NCBI RefSeq assembly: GCF_006345805.1
Contig: NC_042998.1
Coordinates: 25,730,001-25,794,000, forward strand
Origin: Octopus sinensis
Taxonomy: Eukaryota
Direction: 5' to 3'
DNA: 64,000 bases
Positions 25,811-38,787 of the stretch are shown here, in pieces. The notes beneath the pieces were generated by a model. That model was not told where the DNA came from. It was given only the letters and a program-made list of their open reading frames with translations, and ran no database searches. The translations under genes were made by a program, and so were the position numbers. Each line of letters opens with the position of its first letter. Within the stretch, counting starts at the first letter, position 1.

Positions 25811-26267
25811 CTGTTGTTACTCTCTCTTTTATGAACACTAACTATTCCATTACGGTCTTTCCCTGAACATACGTCCTTCTTGTTTCCCTGATAGAGTCTT
25901 AATTCTTCCAAGTCTTGTGTTGGTTATTTTATGGTTTGTAGGGCAGATTTTTCATCCCAATAAACTGTTAGTCGCTGGAGTCTGTTTTGGTGCTGATTGC
26001 TTGTCACCTTGTTGATAGTGACTCCTACTTAAAAAAAAAAAAAATATGCACTTTTCATTTCTAAGAGAAAACTAATAGACTTCTGAAGTTGTCCATGTTT
26101 GGCAAAAGATTTTATTTGAGATTGTGTTAGAACAGAAACCATTACATCACTGAAAAGTCAAGGTAGCCATTTAAAACTCATATACATCATTTCACATCCT
26201 TCTGTTTTATTTTATAAAAGACTTTGATGTTCAATAATATATGATACTATTACAAAATATGTGTATT

Positions 26268-26940
26268 TAAACTACTTACATTGACTCTACAACAACGATG
26301 TAATAAGCTTTCATTTATGGCATGATGCATTTGAAAATATTTTAAGACACTCACACAGAAATTTGAGATTTTGAGTTTAACCTTTTCTGAACTGAATTTT
26401 TAATAATTAACAGTTTAAAGGAAGTTAATAATACACAACAGATAGATATATTATTTCCCTCTAGTAACCCAAGATTGATGCTCGTCTTCATGAAATCAAA
26501 TCAAATTCTGTGAAAGAGACGTACTGATCAGTTGCTGTTATGTATGACCTGAAGCACAATTAGACAGACCACAAATACTATAATGGTGTATGTAGTTTGT
26601 CTAAAAATATATTATGATCAATAGTATTGAAAACTTTCTGAAGATCAATAAAGGCACCACATATAAACTTACTAAGGTCAAGAAAGACTTGAATGTTCTT
26701 ACAGATGTTCATGAAAGCGTGGATAGTTGAGTTGTCTATCAAAATGAAACTGAAAAGAATATAAACAACGAAATTAATGAGGAATATTTATTAAATATGA
26801 GTATGCTAATATCTCAAAGAGTTTTGCAATACTAGTGAGGAGATATATGGAATGTTATTTGTCATGCTCAATAGGAGAATCTCTTTTAAACTAGAAAATG
26901 TTTTTACCATGTTTGGCCTGAAAAGGAATGTTCCATTTGA
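26268..26940 (+). pseudogene. Possible decayed Toll-like receptor remnant (LRR to TIR)
   Basis: LRR-like KLLTLTL..CNKLSF../HDAFENI. One frame at 26722-26940 reads DS*VVYQNE...MLISQRV..GDIWNVICHA...YHVWPE (TIR box-like order). Manual reading only. Confidence 0.3.
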
Positions 26941-27266
26941 AGAAAGAGAGATTTAAAAGTAGTAAAAGAAGGTTATAATTTCAATGTCTGACAAGATGAA
27001 AAATGTTTAATGCTTATAGAGAGTTTAAAAGGACAAGGAAAGAAAAACTGTTGTTAGGTAGGCTAAGAAACAATTGGATACACACACACACACATGCACC
27101 CACACACACACATACATGGAGAGAGAGAGAGAGAGAAATAAAATGAGACAAAACATAGAAGCTGGTATTTGAACAACTAATAGTTAAAAAATCAAATATA
27201 TATTTATATATATATATATTCAAATATATATATATATATATATTCAAATATATATATATATTCAAA

Positions 27267-27322
<56 letters not shown>

Positions 27323-27420
27323 TTCAATATAAAGATATATATGAACTGGGACAAGAACACAAGAACTAGCATTTACTTGATCAACTCATAAACTTTAAGA
27401 TATATAAATTTATCGCCATC

Positions 27421-27467
<47 letters not shown>

Positions 27468-28088
27468 ATATACATATATATAATATACATATATATTCTT
27501 GTGCAAGAAGAAAAAGAGTAGCTATGGAAATTAATGAAACTTTGAGGAGATGATTGAATCTCAGTTGACAACAACAGAGAAGATGTAACTGTTGGAAGCT
27601 TTAGCTATATTAAGGAGGATCTGTTGAAGTGCTTTCATTTCAAAATGCTAAATTAATATATCATAGCAAGGAAGGCAAAATTGAATACCTCTTTGAGGAA
27701 AACTTCAATTCTTTTTGCTTTTACAAGTTTACTACTGTGCTAGAAATGTTCCAAGTCAAATTGCATTAATACCAAACTATGACAGCCCTCTTAGTTTAAC
27801 TATTACCAAAAGAAATAATTTTTTTTTATCTTAAATAATTGACAAAGTGCCCGATATTATAATATTTAGAAAAAAATTATAACATAATCAAATATGCTAC
27901 TGTATCTATTGTTTGTTTACACACATACATAAACATACACACATATCCCAGGGAAAACAATTATTAACTTTTCAAATATTTCTTTGTTACATTTGAATTC
28001 CAGTAAACTGTAGTCAGCCTTTAGTAATCATTCAGTGTTATTAAATATGAGACTGGTACATACTTGTTCATATTGCTTAAATAGCAAC

Positions 28089-28367
28089 TGGAGGCCCATA
28101 GCCTAGTGGTTAGAGCAGCAGACTCGCGGTTGAGGGATTGCGGGTTCGAATCTCAGACTGGACAATGTGTGTGTTTATGAGCGAAACACCTAAGCTCCAC
28201 GCAGCTCCGGCAGATGGTAATGGCGAACTTCTGCTGACAATTCCACCACAACTTTCTCTCACTCTTTCCTCCTGCATCTTGCAGATCACCTGCGTCCCGT
28301 CCAGGTGGGGAACCTATATGCCAAGGAAACCGGGAAACCGGCTCTCATGGCTCGAGAAGGAACAAAC
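28089..28367 (+). mobile_element. tRNA-derived SINE family D with 10-bp TSD
   Basis: A box tagcctagtgg, B box ggttcgaatct; TSD aaatagcaac at 28079-28088 and 28368-28377. Confidence 0.85.
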
Positions 28368-29262
28368 AAATAGCAACCAAATCTCTCTCGAATCATATCC
28401 AAGCCATCTTAAAAACGACATACAGAACAGAGTATTTCACAGTACATTATTCCTAACAATGAGATGTAATGGTCATGGTTGGAATACCTTTGATTATAGG
28501 TCTTCTTACACAGGACTAATTAAAGACTGTTTCCATTCCATTATTTTGTATATCAGGTAATATACAATGCCCAATGTGTCCTGCTTTACTTTAAGATAGA
28601 GTAGCTTAAAGAGGATATGGCTGTTATTTCTAATGCTTAATTAACAAACCAACCAGGTAACTGCTACCTGATTACTCAACCTGCAAGAAAGTATAATGTT
28701 GGTTTAAAGAGAAAGAATATGAGAGACGAAGAACAAAACTGGACTTTATAGTACATCAGATCTAATGGTGTGTGACAGAAAAAGCCATATCAAGAGGTGG
28801 AATTTGAAGAAATGCAGAAATAAATGATTTGTAAAAACTCGTTATGTTTACATTCCTTTGTCAATAATAAATATCATAGTTCTCTGAAGCTACTGTCATG
28901 TACACCTGAGCCTACTTGAACAATATATCTTTACATATCATACTAACATCTGATTTAGCATCATCCAGTTCTGTAAAGAATGGCATTCAATATCATTCCA
29001 TTATCATGAGATTACTGATTTATACAATAATTATCGTATAGCCTACAGTTTCATATGAAAATCAAGGCAAAATTCATATTGTTGACATAATACCCATTTT
29101 CTTTAAAGAGGGATCATTATTTATTCTCATGTTAACCCTTTTAAAACCACCCACCTGAGACTGACTCTCATTCCTTCAAGCAAAAATAGTGTTCGTGTTT
29201 AGATTAAAACCATCCACCATAATTTTATTTAAGAATCTTTTATCGAGTTATATTCCAAAATA

Positions 29263-29517
29263 GTTCTGTTGTGTCTGAGGAGAGTCATCTTCTTTTTGTG
29301 CCTTATAATGTAACACACTCACCGGTAAAATTTCCACTTATTTATTATTTTCTATTTTCCTAGGAAAATAAAAAATAAGAAAAGGGTGGAAATTTTACCA
29401 GTGAATGTGTTACATTATAAGGCACAAAAAGAAAATGACTCTCCCCAGACACAACAGAATATGCTTCAACACACGAACTCATATAAAGAATCTTGCAAAC
29501 CAAATCCAAAACGAAAT
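29263..29517. mobile_element. Inverted dimer of the Penelope-type terminal repeat, centred at 29361-29362
   Basis: Palindrome centre ttttcc-ta-ggaaaa; the arms match the 1695-2024 family. Confidence 0.75.
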
Positions 29518-30239
29518 CCAAAAAAGTTATTTTACTAAATTCCTCCAAATTCTTAGTTATTTCTAAAATTAATTGAAACATATATATTTCTTTACTACCC
29601 ACAAGGGGCTAAACACAGAGAGGACAATCAAGGACAGACAAACGGGTTAAGTCGATTACATTGACCCCAGTGCATAACTGGTACTTATTTAATCGACCCC
29701 GAAAGGATGGAAGGCAAAGTCGATCTCGGCGGAATTTGAACCCAGAGCGTAATGGCAGTCGAAATACAGCTACACATTTTGCCCAGCGTGCTAACGTTTC
29801 TGCCAACTCACCACCTTAAATTAATTGAAACATATATGCAATATATACATTCTTTAAAGGTCTTTTTATTCCCTCAGTAGAATGCTTGCCATATCAAGAT
29901 AAGAAATCAGTTGAGGTTAAATTTTTTTTATGATTCCCTTTTGTAAGTACAAAACGGCTTCAGAAATGTCACAACCAAAATGTAAATAGTTTTGTTTTTA
30001 ACCATGCAGAAAATGATAATCACCAATTGGTATTAGTTAGAAATTATCAGTGCTATGCTGTTGACCTTTTCTGTATTTAATATAACTGAAGTTAATTCCT
30101 CGGGGAAGTGTTCTGCATACTAAATACCAAAATGATAGGGATTGAACATAGATAAAGCAGTGAGTAGAAAAACTTCAATTTTGCTGCTATTTTTCATACA
30201 GTCAGAAGACAAAATAGCTGTGTTTCAAATATAAAATAA

Positions 30240-30820
30240 CTAGCAGCTAAGCCCGGTTTCATCCAGTCTGTTTGGATGATGTGGCTGTGATCGTTTTTGA
30301 TTAGGCATAATATAACAGAGTTTCTCAACCTTATCATTTTGGTAATAATATAAAATTTTTACGATAGTTGATTTATGGAAAAGATTAAGTTAAGTTTTTG
30401 AAATGCAAATATGTGAATGAAAATTAAGTTCAGAACTCTACATGGTAGCTAGGCCTGGTAGAAATAGCAGCCAAATCTCCCTCAAAACACCCTAGTGTCT
30501 TAATCTGACAATTCTGCCTATTATGTAGTTTTAATGAGAAACTGTAACTAAAAATGAAGATTATTAACCCCAGAAAGTGGTGAAAGAAGAGAGAGACAGC
30601 ATAGTGAAAGTTTTGGCTGACTGTCATCCTGTACTCCCCTTGTTGCTAGTGAAATAGTATATGCTGGCTGTGTGAGCAACTGGTTGTTTTAATGGCGGAA
30701 CAAACAGGGGAATTCCATTAGAAAAGTTTTAATCGATTTTCTCGGTAACTATGGGGGCTAGGAAATGAATACACACCGCATTCCAATCTATGGGCCCGTC
30801 TTCACATGTGTGCCATTTTT
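30240..30820 (-). mobile_element. Probable non-autonomous Helitron remnant
   Basis: Minus-strand 3' end ...ccgggcttagctgCTAG-t with an imperfect subterminal hairpin; 5' boundary uncertain. Confidence 0.45.
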
Positions 30821-31362
30821 GTAAGCAAGCTATTTACCACACAGCCACTCCTACACCACACCTACACTATTATAAATAATCTACAGAGAAATGGTTAAAT
30901 TTTCCCTGCTTACATATAAACAAGAAGGCATACGAATACCTTTCGAAAAGATTCAATTCCTTAAGGTGTTCTCCCTCTAAATACTGGTTGTTTATTAGAA
31001 TGTGAAACATGAAGGCTGTGAGGGGCTAGGAAATTTGTTGTCAACCACATGGTTGCGGGTTCAGTCCTACTGCAAGACAACTTAGGCAAGTGTCTTTTAC
31101 TATAGCTTCAGGCTGATCAAAGCCTTAGAAGTGGATTTTGTGGATAGAAATTCAAAGAACCCCATCATACCCACACACACACATACACAAACAAACATGT
31201 ATACATGTGTGTTTTGTTTCACATACCATAACAGCTGTGAACGAGCATCACCATCACAGCTCACTGTGAAGGTTGGTGACAGGAAGAGCATCCAAAACAC
31301 AGAAAATTCAGCATCGATGAATTCCATCTGAAAGCATGGAAAAGAGTGCGTTAAAACAGCAA

Positions 31363-31595
31363 CGATGATGATAATGATGATGACAACATTGGTGATGATG
31401 ATGATGATGATGATGACGATGATGATGATGATGACGACAACGATGATGATGACGACAATGATGATGATGATGACGATGACAACACTGATGATGATGATGA
31501 CGACAACGATGATAATGATGACGCCGCCGATGATGATGATGATGATGATGATAATGATGACGCCGCCGATGATGCCGATGATGATGATGATGATA
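31363..31595. repeat. (GAT/GAC)n microsatellite
   Basis: Direct inspection; it forms the tail of a family C repeat. Confidence 0.95.
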
Positions 31596-32348
31596 TTGAA
31601 TTTTAGGAGGAGGAGGAGCACACCTGACATCTTTGTAATTAAGTTGAAAATGACGCTCTAATAAACGATACCTTTTATATTACATTAGTTTAAAAGAGCT
31701 TTAGACGCTGACAAAATAAAATGATAAAGATATTCAGGTAATTTTGAATAGCCTGGACAAAAGCTATCAACACCATCCCGAAAATATATTGCTATATTAT
31801 TTACACTAATTCAAAGAAGGAAAAATTTACATCTAAGAATTATTATACTAACTAATTAGGGAAAAAAAAAAATCAATGACACCAAAAGCAAGTACGAACG
31901 ATAACAACTAACTAAACATGTTTCATACGAACTTCTGTACCCAGATGCTGGTTTCAATTATGATAATAATAGCTGGAAACTTGTTAATGTTAGTGTAATC
32001 ATACAGAAGTTTAGACAACACTTAACAATGCCTTTAAAATGGAACAATTATTACAGAAAAACAGACATTAAAATCCCACATAATAACACAATGATAAAAC
32101 ATCAAACCATGCAGTTTTTTTATGATTGTAAAATCAACAATGAGCTAATTATTTTATTCGTCTAACATATATTCATGTCAGCTTACATGTATACTTTCAT
32201 CTGTTCATCCATCCATTTATTCATCTTTACATACTTGTATACGTATGTTTCTACATACATACATACATGCATGCATGCATATGTACATGTGGTTGGTAAA
32301 CAAGCTACTTACCACACAGCCACTCCTGTGCCTATACATATATATATA

Positions 32349-32412
<64 letters not shown>

Positions 32413-33018
32413 ATGCATGTATATATTTTACTAAATTCTTGTTATATTTAAAATCAATTGAAAAAAACACCGAGCTTCTCAACAGAAATACGGTAACGAA
32501 AGAGTTAAACCCAATATGTAAGAATTATTGCTGTTATTAAATGAAGTGTCAAGATTTTGTTACTTTGTTAAAGTCCAGCTTCGACCATCTAGGAATAAGA
32601 CTTATAAATATTGGCTTCGAATTTTGGCATAAGGCCAGCAATTTCGTGGGAGGGAAAAAGCTGATTACATCAACTCCAGGGTTCAACCAGTTCTTATTTC
32701 ACTGGCGCCAACAGAATATAAAAAGTGAAGACATGCCACTAAGCATTTTATCCCACAGCAGTTACAATTCCGCCAGCTCCCTCTTTTGATATTTGTGCAT
32801 AATAAGAAACAGTGAAGGAATATAAACATACATCCATACAAGTATTTGACTTTGGCCATGCTGGAGCACATCTGGGGCATAATATCATGGACAATTCATT
32901 GTACAATATATTCTCTGTAGAAAGGATAATAATAATATATGTAAGTGATGCAGAGGCATTATCCATACTAGCAGACATGCATACACATACATGCATACAT
33001 ACACATATACATACATAC

Positions 33019-33187
33019 AAAATTTTCGTTGCGTCTTGTAAGCTTTTCAATAGTCAAGACTATTGAAAAGGCTGCAAGACGCAACGAAAATTTTAAGAAA
33101 ATGAAAATAAGAAATAAGTAGGAATTTTACCAGTGAGTGTGTTACATTATAAGACACAAGAAGAAAATGACTCTCCCCAGACACAAC
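33019..33187. mobile_element. Penelope-type terminal repeat, head-to-head, with U3-A8 HHR motifs
   Basis: Centre aatagtc-aa-gactatt. Plus arm cta TTGAAAA g gctgc-aagac-gcaac GAAA at t t taa (33060-33096). Confidence 0.65.
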
Positions 33188-33189
33188 GG

Positions 33190-33263
<74 letters not shown>

Positions 33264-33295
33264 CATATATATATATATTTATTTATTTATATATG

Positions 33296-33330
<35 letters not shown>

Positions 33331-33611
33331 ATAACTGCATATTACCTCAATACATCTGACTAATATAGGCATAATGAGATACCCTTATCTACAGGCTGAA
33401 ACAGCTGTAAGATCCATTTTATATGTATTATTTTTATGGTATTATCTTACTTATTGATGTATATTGCTTTATTCTGTTTTATTCTGTTGGATTTGGATGT
33501 TCCTATTTAATTAGTTAATAAATTATATGAATTGGTATTATCTGTAAGTTGATGATTGAAAGGAATCTATTCCTCCATTTTCTTATTTTATATATATATA
33601 TATATATATAT

Positions 33612-33815
33612 AAGGGGAAGCTTTATGAAAATAAACAAAAGACGAAGGCAGGTGGAGTACAAACAAACAATTATATTAGTATGGCACTCAGGAATATAAA
33701 TAAAACAAGTCTTTTACGTTTCGAGCCTATGCTCTTCAACAGAAAGATACACAGAAAAGAAACACGGAGAGAAACAAGGAGAGAAAAAAATGCATGCGGA
33801 AGCTAGCGATTCAAC
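33612..33815 (-). mobile_element. HHR-bearing short element inserted in (TA)n
   Basis: Minus strand 33711-33746: cttt CTGTTGA a gagc-atag-gctc GAAA cg t a aaag; related to 15975-16172. Confidence 0.7.
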
Positions 33816-34652
33816 ATATATATAAAAACAGACAGACCTATGTACATGAATGACTATCCAGTAGCAGTTATATAACAGTGACATGCGGTGCATAAGCCAT
33901 TCTTGCATACATTTGTGCTTGTATATATGTACTTATTTATATACATGCATATATGCACACATACAAGCAAATACATAACCCTCTGGTTGATAAAGTCTAA
34001 ATTCCAGTGAAAAGAAGAAGAAGAAGAAGAAGGTGATGATGATGGTGGCAGTGGTGGGGGCGGCGGCGGCGGGGGCGGCGGCGGGGGGTGGCGGCGGCGG
34101 TGGTGGTGGTGGTGGTGGTAATGGTGACAAATAGAATGATGACAGTGATGATGATAGTGATGAGATTGATAATGATGATGAATCGTCCATTGGTTTTTTT
34201 TTTTGTCTTCTTATGAAGAACAATTTAGTTGTTTGATCAACTGAAGTATCTGCAACGTAAATCTCAGACAAATCAGCATGACACAAGATGCAACAGAGCT
34301 GAACTTTTTCTTTAATTAATTACATGTAAAAAACCCCAACTGATGAGCGCCCCCCCCCCACTCAGTGTCTTTAGACCTGACTCCGTTCACTATGCTTCAC
34401 TTGACCTAAAGTTATCATACGAGAAATACAGACATTCACATAGGCATACATACATACATTCACACACACACACACACACGCCACACACATACACACACAT
34501 ATATAAGTATTTGTATACAAACATTCATATAAGCTTACATACATACATTCACACACAAACACACACATGCATATGTATATGTATGAATATATATATATGT
34601 ATATATATATATAGGGAAAGTGTACGAAAAAACAAAATAACACACACACAAC

Positions 34653-34700
<48 letters not shown>

Positions 34701-35447
34701 GTATATATATATATATGTGTGTGTTAGTGTGTATATATGTATATATATTTATATATATATATATTATATTATATATATATACATATATATAGTGTGTGGT
34801 GTGTGTGGGTGGGTGGGTGTATATGCATACTCATGAGTAAGCACATTAATGCAAAACAAGATGGAAAGATTAGTACTCAAGTATGAAAGGTAGAGTATTA
34901 TGGTTTTTTTTTATTAAAACTGCAAAAGCATCACAAAATACTGTTACTCTTATTTTCATGTTTCCGTTTGCTGGACAGTTGTGAACAAGAACCACAACAA
35001 TAAAAAGGTGTGTGTGTGTGTGTGCGTGTGTGCGTGTGTGTGTATGTGTGTAATGGTGGGCTCTTCTGTTATAAATGATAGATGAGGTTTCCACAACTTC
35101 TTGCTGAACACTCTGCTTAGATGCTTTGTTTAATAGGGATCAGATGTCTGTGCTGTGCTGCACATGCACTCACTCTCGTGATGAGATGGATATTAACTGA
35201 ACAGGTCCACGGTGGGCCATATGTCCAGATTTTGAAGTGATTGCTGAGCAATGTGAAATGAAGTGCTTTGCTCAAGAATGCAATGCACCACCTTCTCCAG
35301 GAATTGAAACCATGATCTTGTGAGTGCAGCATCCCAATCACCTGGCCACATGCCTTCACAAATATAATATATATATCATCATCATCATCATCATCATCGT
35401 TTAGTGTCCGTTTTCCATGCTAGCATATATATATGTATATATATATG

Positions 35448-35506
<59 letters not shown>

Positions 35507-35765
35507 GATAATATATATATATCAATTATATATATATATATATATTAGGATAAGATCGTTATTTAAAATACCAATCATATCAAGTGGCCAGCATGAGAAT
35601 AATAACCTCATAGGTAATAATTATTATTAAAATTATAATTAAGTCATTTTAGAATCAAGTTTTGACTGCTATCTCTAATGTGGTGGTATCTCTTAGATAC
35701 CCTTAATTATAATTTTATATATGTATATATATATATATATATATTTATATACACACACACACACA

Positions 35766-36623
35766 CAGAGGATGGGTGAAAAGTAACTAGGCATCAAAAA
35801 TTGGTAATAAAATCCATATTCCTTTTACAAATTTATTGAAACAAATGATACATGTTCTTTCTTACAAGGGAAAATGAAAGTAAATCTTCATATTTCAACA
35901 TAAGCACCAGTGGTGTCAACCATTTCCTCAAACGGCCAGGGATGGAATGAACAACCCTCTGAAAGACGTCGTCTGGGATATCACGGAGAACCACCTGAAT
36001 CCATGTCTCCAAGTCTTCCGGTGTATGAGGTTTTGTCTCATACACTTTCTCTTTTGTGTAACCCGACAGGTATAAATCTTATGGAGTGAGATCTGGACTT
36101 CTTGGAGTTCTGGGCTTCTGGGCTTCTGGACTTCTATGGTCACAATCTTCAGATTTTAGTTCCTGCATGTAATGGGGTTTCCACAGAGGAAAATTCAATT
36201 CTTTATGCAACACCATGCATTTTGTGTCATTCACAAGCTGCCTGCCATGTTGACTTTTGTGGGCTGCGATTAAGCATTTCCTGCACTGTTGTCATATTCT
36301 CTGCTGTAGTCATCAGCTTTGCACGACAACTTTTTATTGTTGCTGGATGTAGTGTTGCATGCTTATCTTTCCATGCACGCCACCATCTCTGAACCAAAAC
36401 AATGGAATTCCACACTTCATAGTGTGCTGCTAACTTAGCTCCCTCCTGAAGAGTCAAGCAACCAGCCATCTGGAAAATAAAAAATAAACAAATAAGGCAA
36501 TAAAAAAAATAAAAATCCCCATTTAAAATCCCCGTTTAAAAAATGTTTTCATCGTGACTTCAGTGATACTAAAAATTCTATAAGCAATTTATAATGCCTA
36601 GTTACTCCCCCCCCCCCACCTTG
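35766..36623 (-). mobile_element. Internally deleted mariner-like (Tc1/mariner superfamily) transposon
   Basis: Degenerate TIRs (gggtgaaaagtaactaggcat / atgcctagttact...cccaccttg). Remnants MAGCLTLQE...SIVLVQRWW and SPDLTP*DLYLSGYTKEKVYETKPHT. Confidence 0.8.
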
Positions 36624-37138
36624 TATATATATATATATATATTTTGTAAAACATGAAGTTTCAAAATGCCGCTATATTAGATAAATTTTAATTTTATAAT
36701 GTTTCAGTTCTTGAAATAACAAACCTTATCAAAAAAATTTTTTTTATATAATAAAGAGAGTCCATGCTATATGCTTAAAGAGTATGATGGAACAGTTCAT
36801 AATTGTGACATACATTCAATAGAGTCAAATATAAAAAATCCATGTTCTTGAAAAGGCGAGGAGTTCATTATAGATTTTACCTTGTGTTCCAATGGGAGCA
36901 ACAGTAATGGATTCTTTTACTCTTTTCTTGTTTCAGTCATTTGACTGTGGCCATGCTGGAGCACTGCCTTTAGTCGAGCAAATCGACCCCAGGATTTATT
37001 CTTTGTAAGCCTAGTACTTATTCTATCGGCCTCTTTTGCCAAACCGCTAAGTTACAGTGACATAAACACACCAGCATCAGTTGTCAAGCAATGTTGAGGG
37101 GACAAACACAAACACAAAAACAGATGCACACACACGCA

Positions 37139-37169
<31 letters not shown>

Positions 37170-37584
37170 AATCAATATAGGGAGGCAAAAAAAAATTTTG
37201 TAGAATTCCTTTGCCCCCAGCGGCCTAGTGGGAAAAAATTAATAGTCATAAACCATTTTTAAGTTCAATATCACAATCAAGGAACGGCCATAATAGGCCA
37301 TTCACCACTAAAATAACAGCCAAAAAGCTTCAACCGCAAAATAACATTAATTCTGTAAACCAGGAGAAATTAAAAAACATTTACCCTGAAATTCTACAAA
37401 ATTTTTTTGCCTCCCTATATTGATAATTATGAATTTTCTGGTTAGTTCCGTAAATGAATCGGCGGCTTATATTTATTTGCTGCCGATAAATTTGGCGCGA
37501 GTGCGACGATTTGAAAATTTTAGGTCAGATATGGCGAGGCATGGACGTGAATGCCTCGTGAAAAATATCTGTTCCGATTTGGCT

Positions 37585-37691
37585 ATTCCTTACTGATGAA
37601 TCTAAGGGCCTATGGTAGATTGGCTTGATTTAATTTAATCAGGTTAGTTTACCATTAAACAGTAGACGAAACGGTGCATCGTATAAGGAAT
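37585..37691 (+). ncRNA. Type I hammerhead ribozyme, copy 1
   Basis: Stem I attcctta/taaggaat (8 bp), CUGAUGA at 37593-37599, extended stem II, GAAA at 37668-37671, stem III cggt-gc-atcg, GUA cleavage after 37683. Confidence 0.85.
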
Positions 37692-38072
37692 TTCAGGTAA
37701 ATGTTTTTTTAATTTTCTCCTGGTTTACAGAATTAATGTTATTTTGCAGTTGAAGCTTTTTGGCTGTATTTCTAGTGGGTGAATGGCCTATTATGGCCGT
37801 TCCTTGATTGTGATATTGAACTTAAAATGGTTTATGACTATTTAATTTTTTCCCACTAGGCCGCTGGGGGCAAAGGAATTCTACAAAATTTTTTTGCCTC
37901 CCTATATTGATTAATTATGAATTTTCTGGTTAGTTCCGTAATGGAATCGGCGGCTTATATTTATTTGCGCCGATAAATTTGGCGCGAGTGCGACGATTTG
38001 AAAATTTTAGGTCAGATATTGGCGAGGCATGGACGTGAATGCCTCGTGAAAAATATCTGTTCCGATTTGGCT

Positions 38073-38179
38073 ATTCCTTACTGATGAATCTAAGGGCCTA
38101 TGGTAGATTGGCTTGATTTAATTTAATCAGGTTAGTTTACCATTAAACAGTAGACGAAACGGTGCATCGTATAAGGAAT
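38073..38179 (+). ncRNA. Type I hammerhead ribozyme, copy 2
   Basis: Same as copy 1; CUGAUGA at 38081-38087, predicted cleavage after 38171. Confidence 0.85.
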
Positions 38180-38563
38180 TTCAGGGTAAATGTTTTTTTA
38201 ATTTTCTCCTGGTTTACAGAATTAATGTTATTTTGTGGTTGAAGCTTTTTGGCTGTTATTTCTAGTGGGTGAATGGCCTATTATGGCGTTCCTTGATTGT
38301 GATATTGAACTTAAAAATGGTTTATGACTATTTAATTTTTTCCCACTAGGCCGCTGGGGGCAAAGGAATTCTACAAAATTTTTTTGCCTCCCTATATTGA
38401 TTAATTATGAATTTTCTGGTTAGTTCCGTAATGGAATCGGCGGCTTATATTTATTTGCTGCCGATAAATTTGGCGCGAGTGCGACGATTTGAAAATTTTA
38501 GGTCAGATATTGGCGAGGCATGGACGTGAATGCCTCGTGAAAAATATCTGTTCCGATTTGGCT

Positions 38564-38670
38564 ATTCCTTACTGATGAATCTAAGGTCCTATGGTAGATT
38601 GGCTTGATTTAATTTAATCAGGTTAGTTTACCATTAAACAGTAGACGAAACGGTGCATCGTATAAGGAAT
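38564..38670 (+). ncRNA. Type I hammerhead ribozyme, copy 3
   Basis: CUGAUGA at 38572-38578, predicted cleavage after 38662; one substitution in the stem II internal loop. Confidence 0.85.
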
Positions 38671-38787
38671 TTCAGGGTAAATGTTTTTTTAATTTTCTCC
38701 TGGTTTACAGAATTAATGTTATTTTGCGGTTGAGCTTTTGGCTGTTATTTCTAGTGGGTGAATGGCCTATTAGGCCGTTCCTTGATT

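Noticed and set aside
28089-28165. tRNA genes at A/B-box sequences (also ~40085-40152 and 61452-61520)
   Set aside because: They continue into SINE bodies, some with TSDs, and lack a complete acceptor stem; they are SINE heads.
33933-34286. Poly-Pro/Ala/Ser ORF
   Set aside because: Compound (GAA)(GAT)(GGC)(GGT) microsatellite with no splice or homology evidence.
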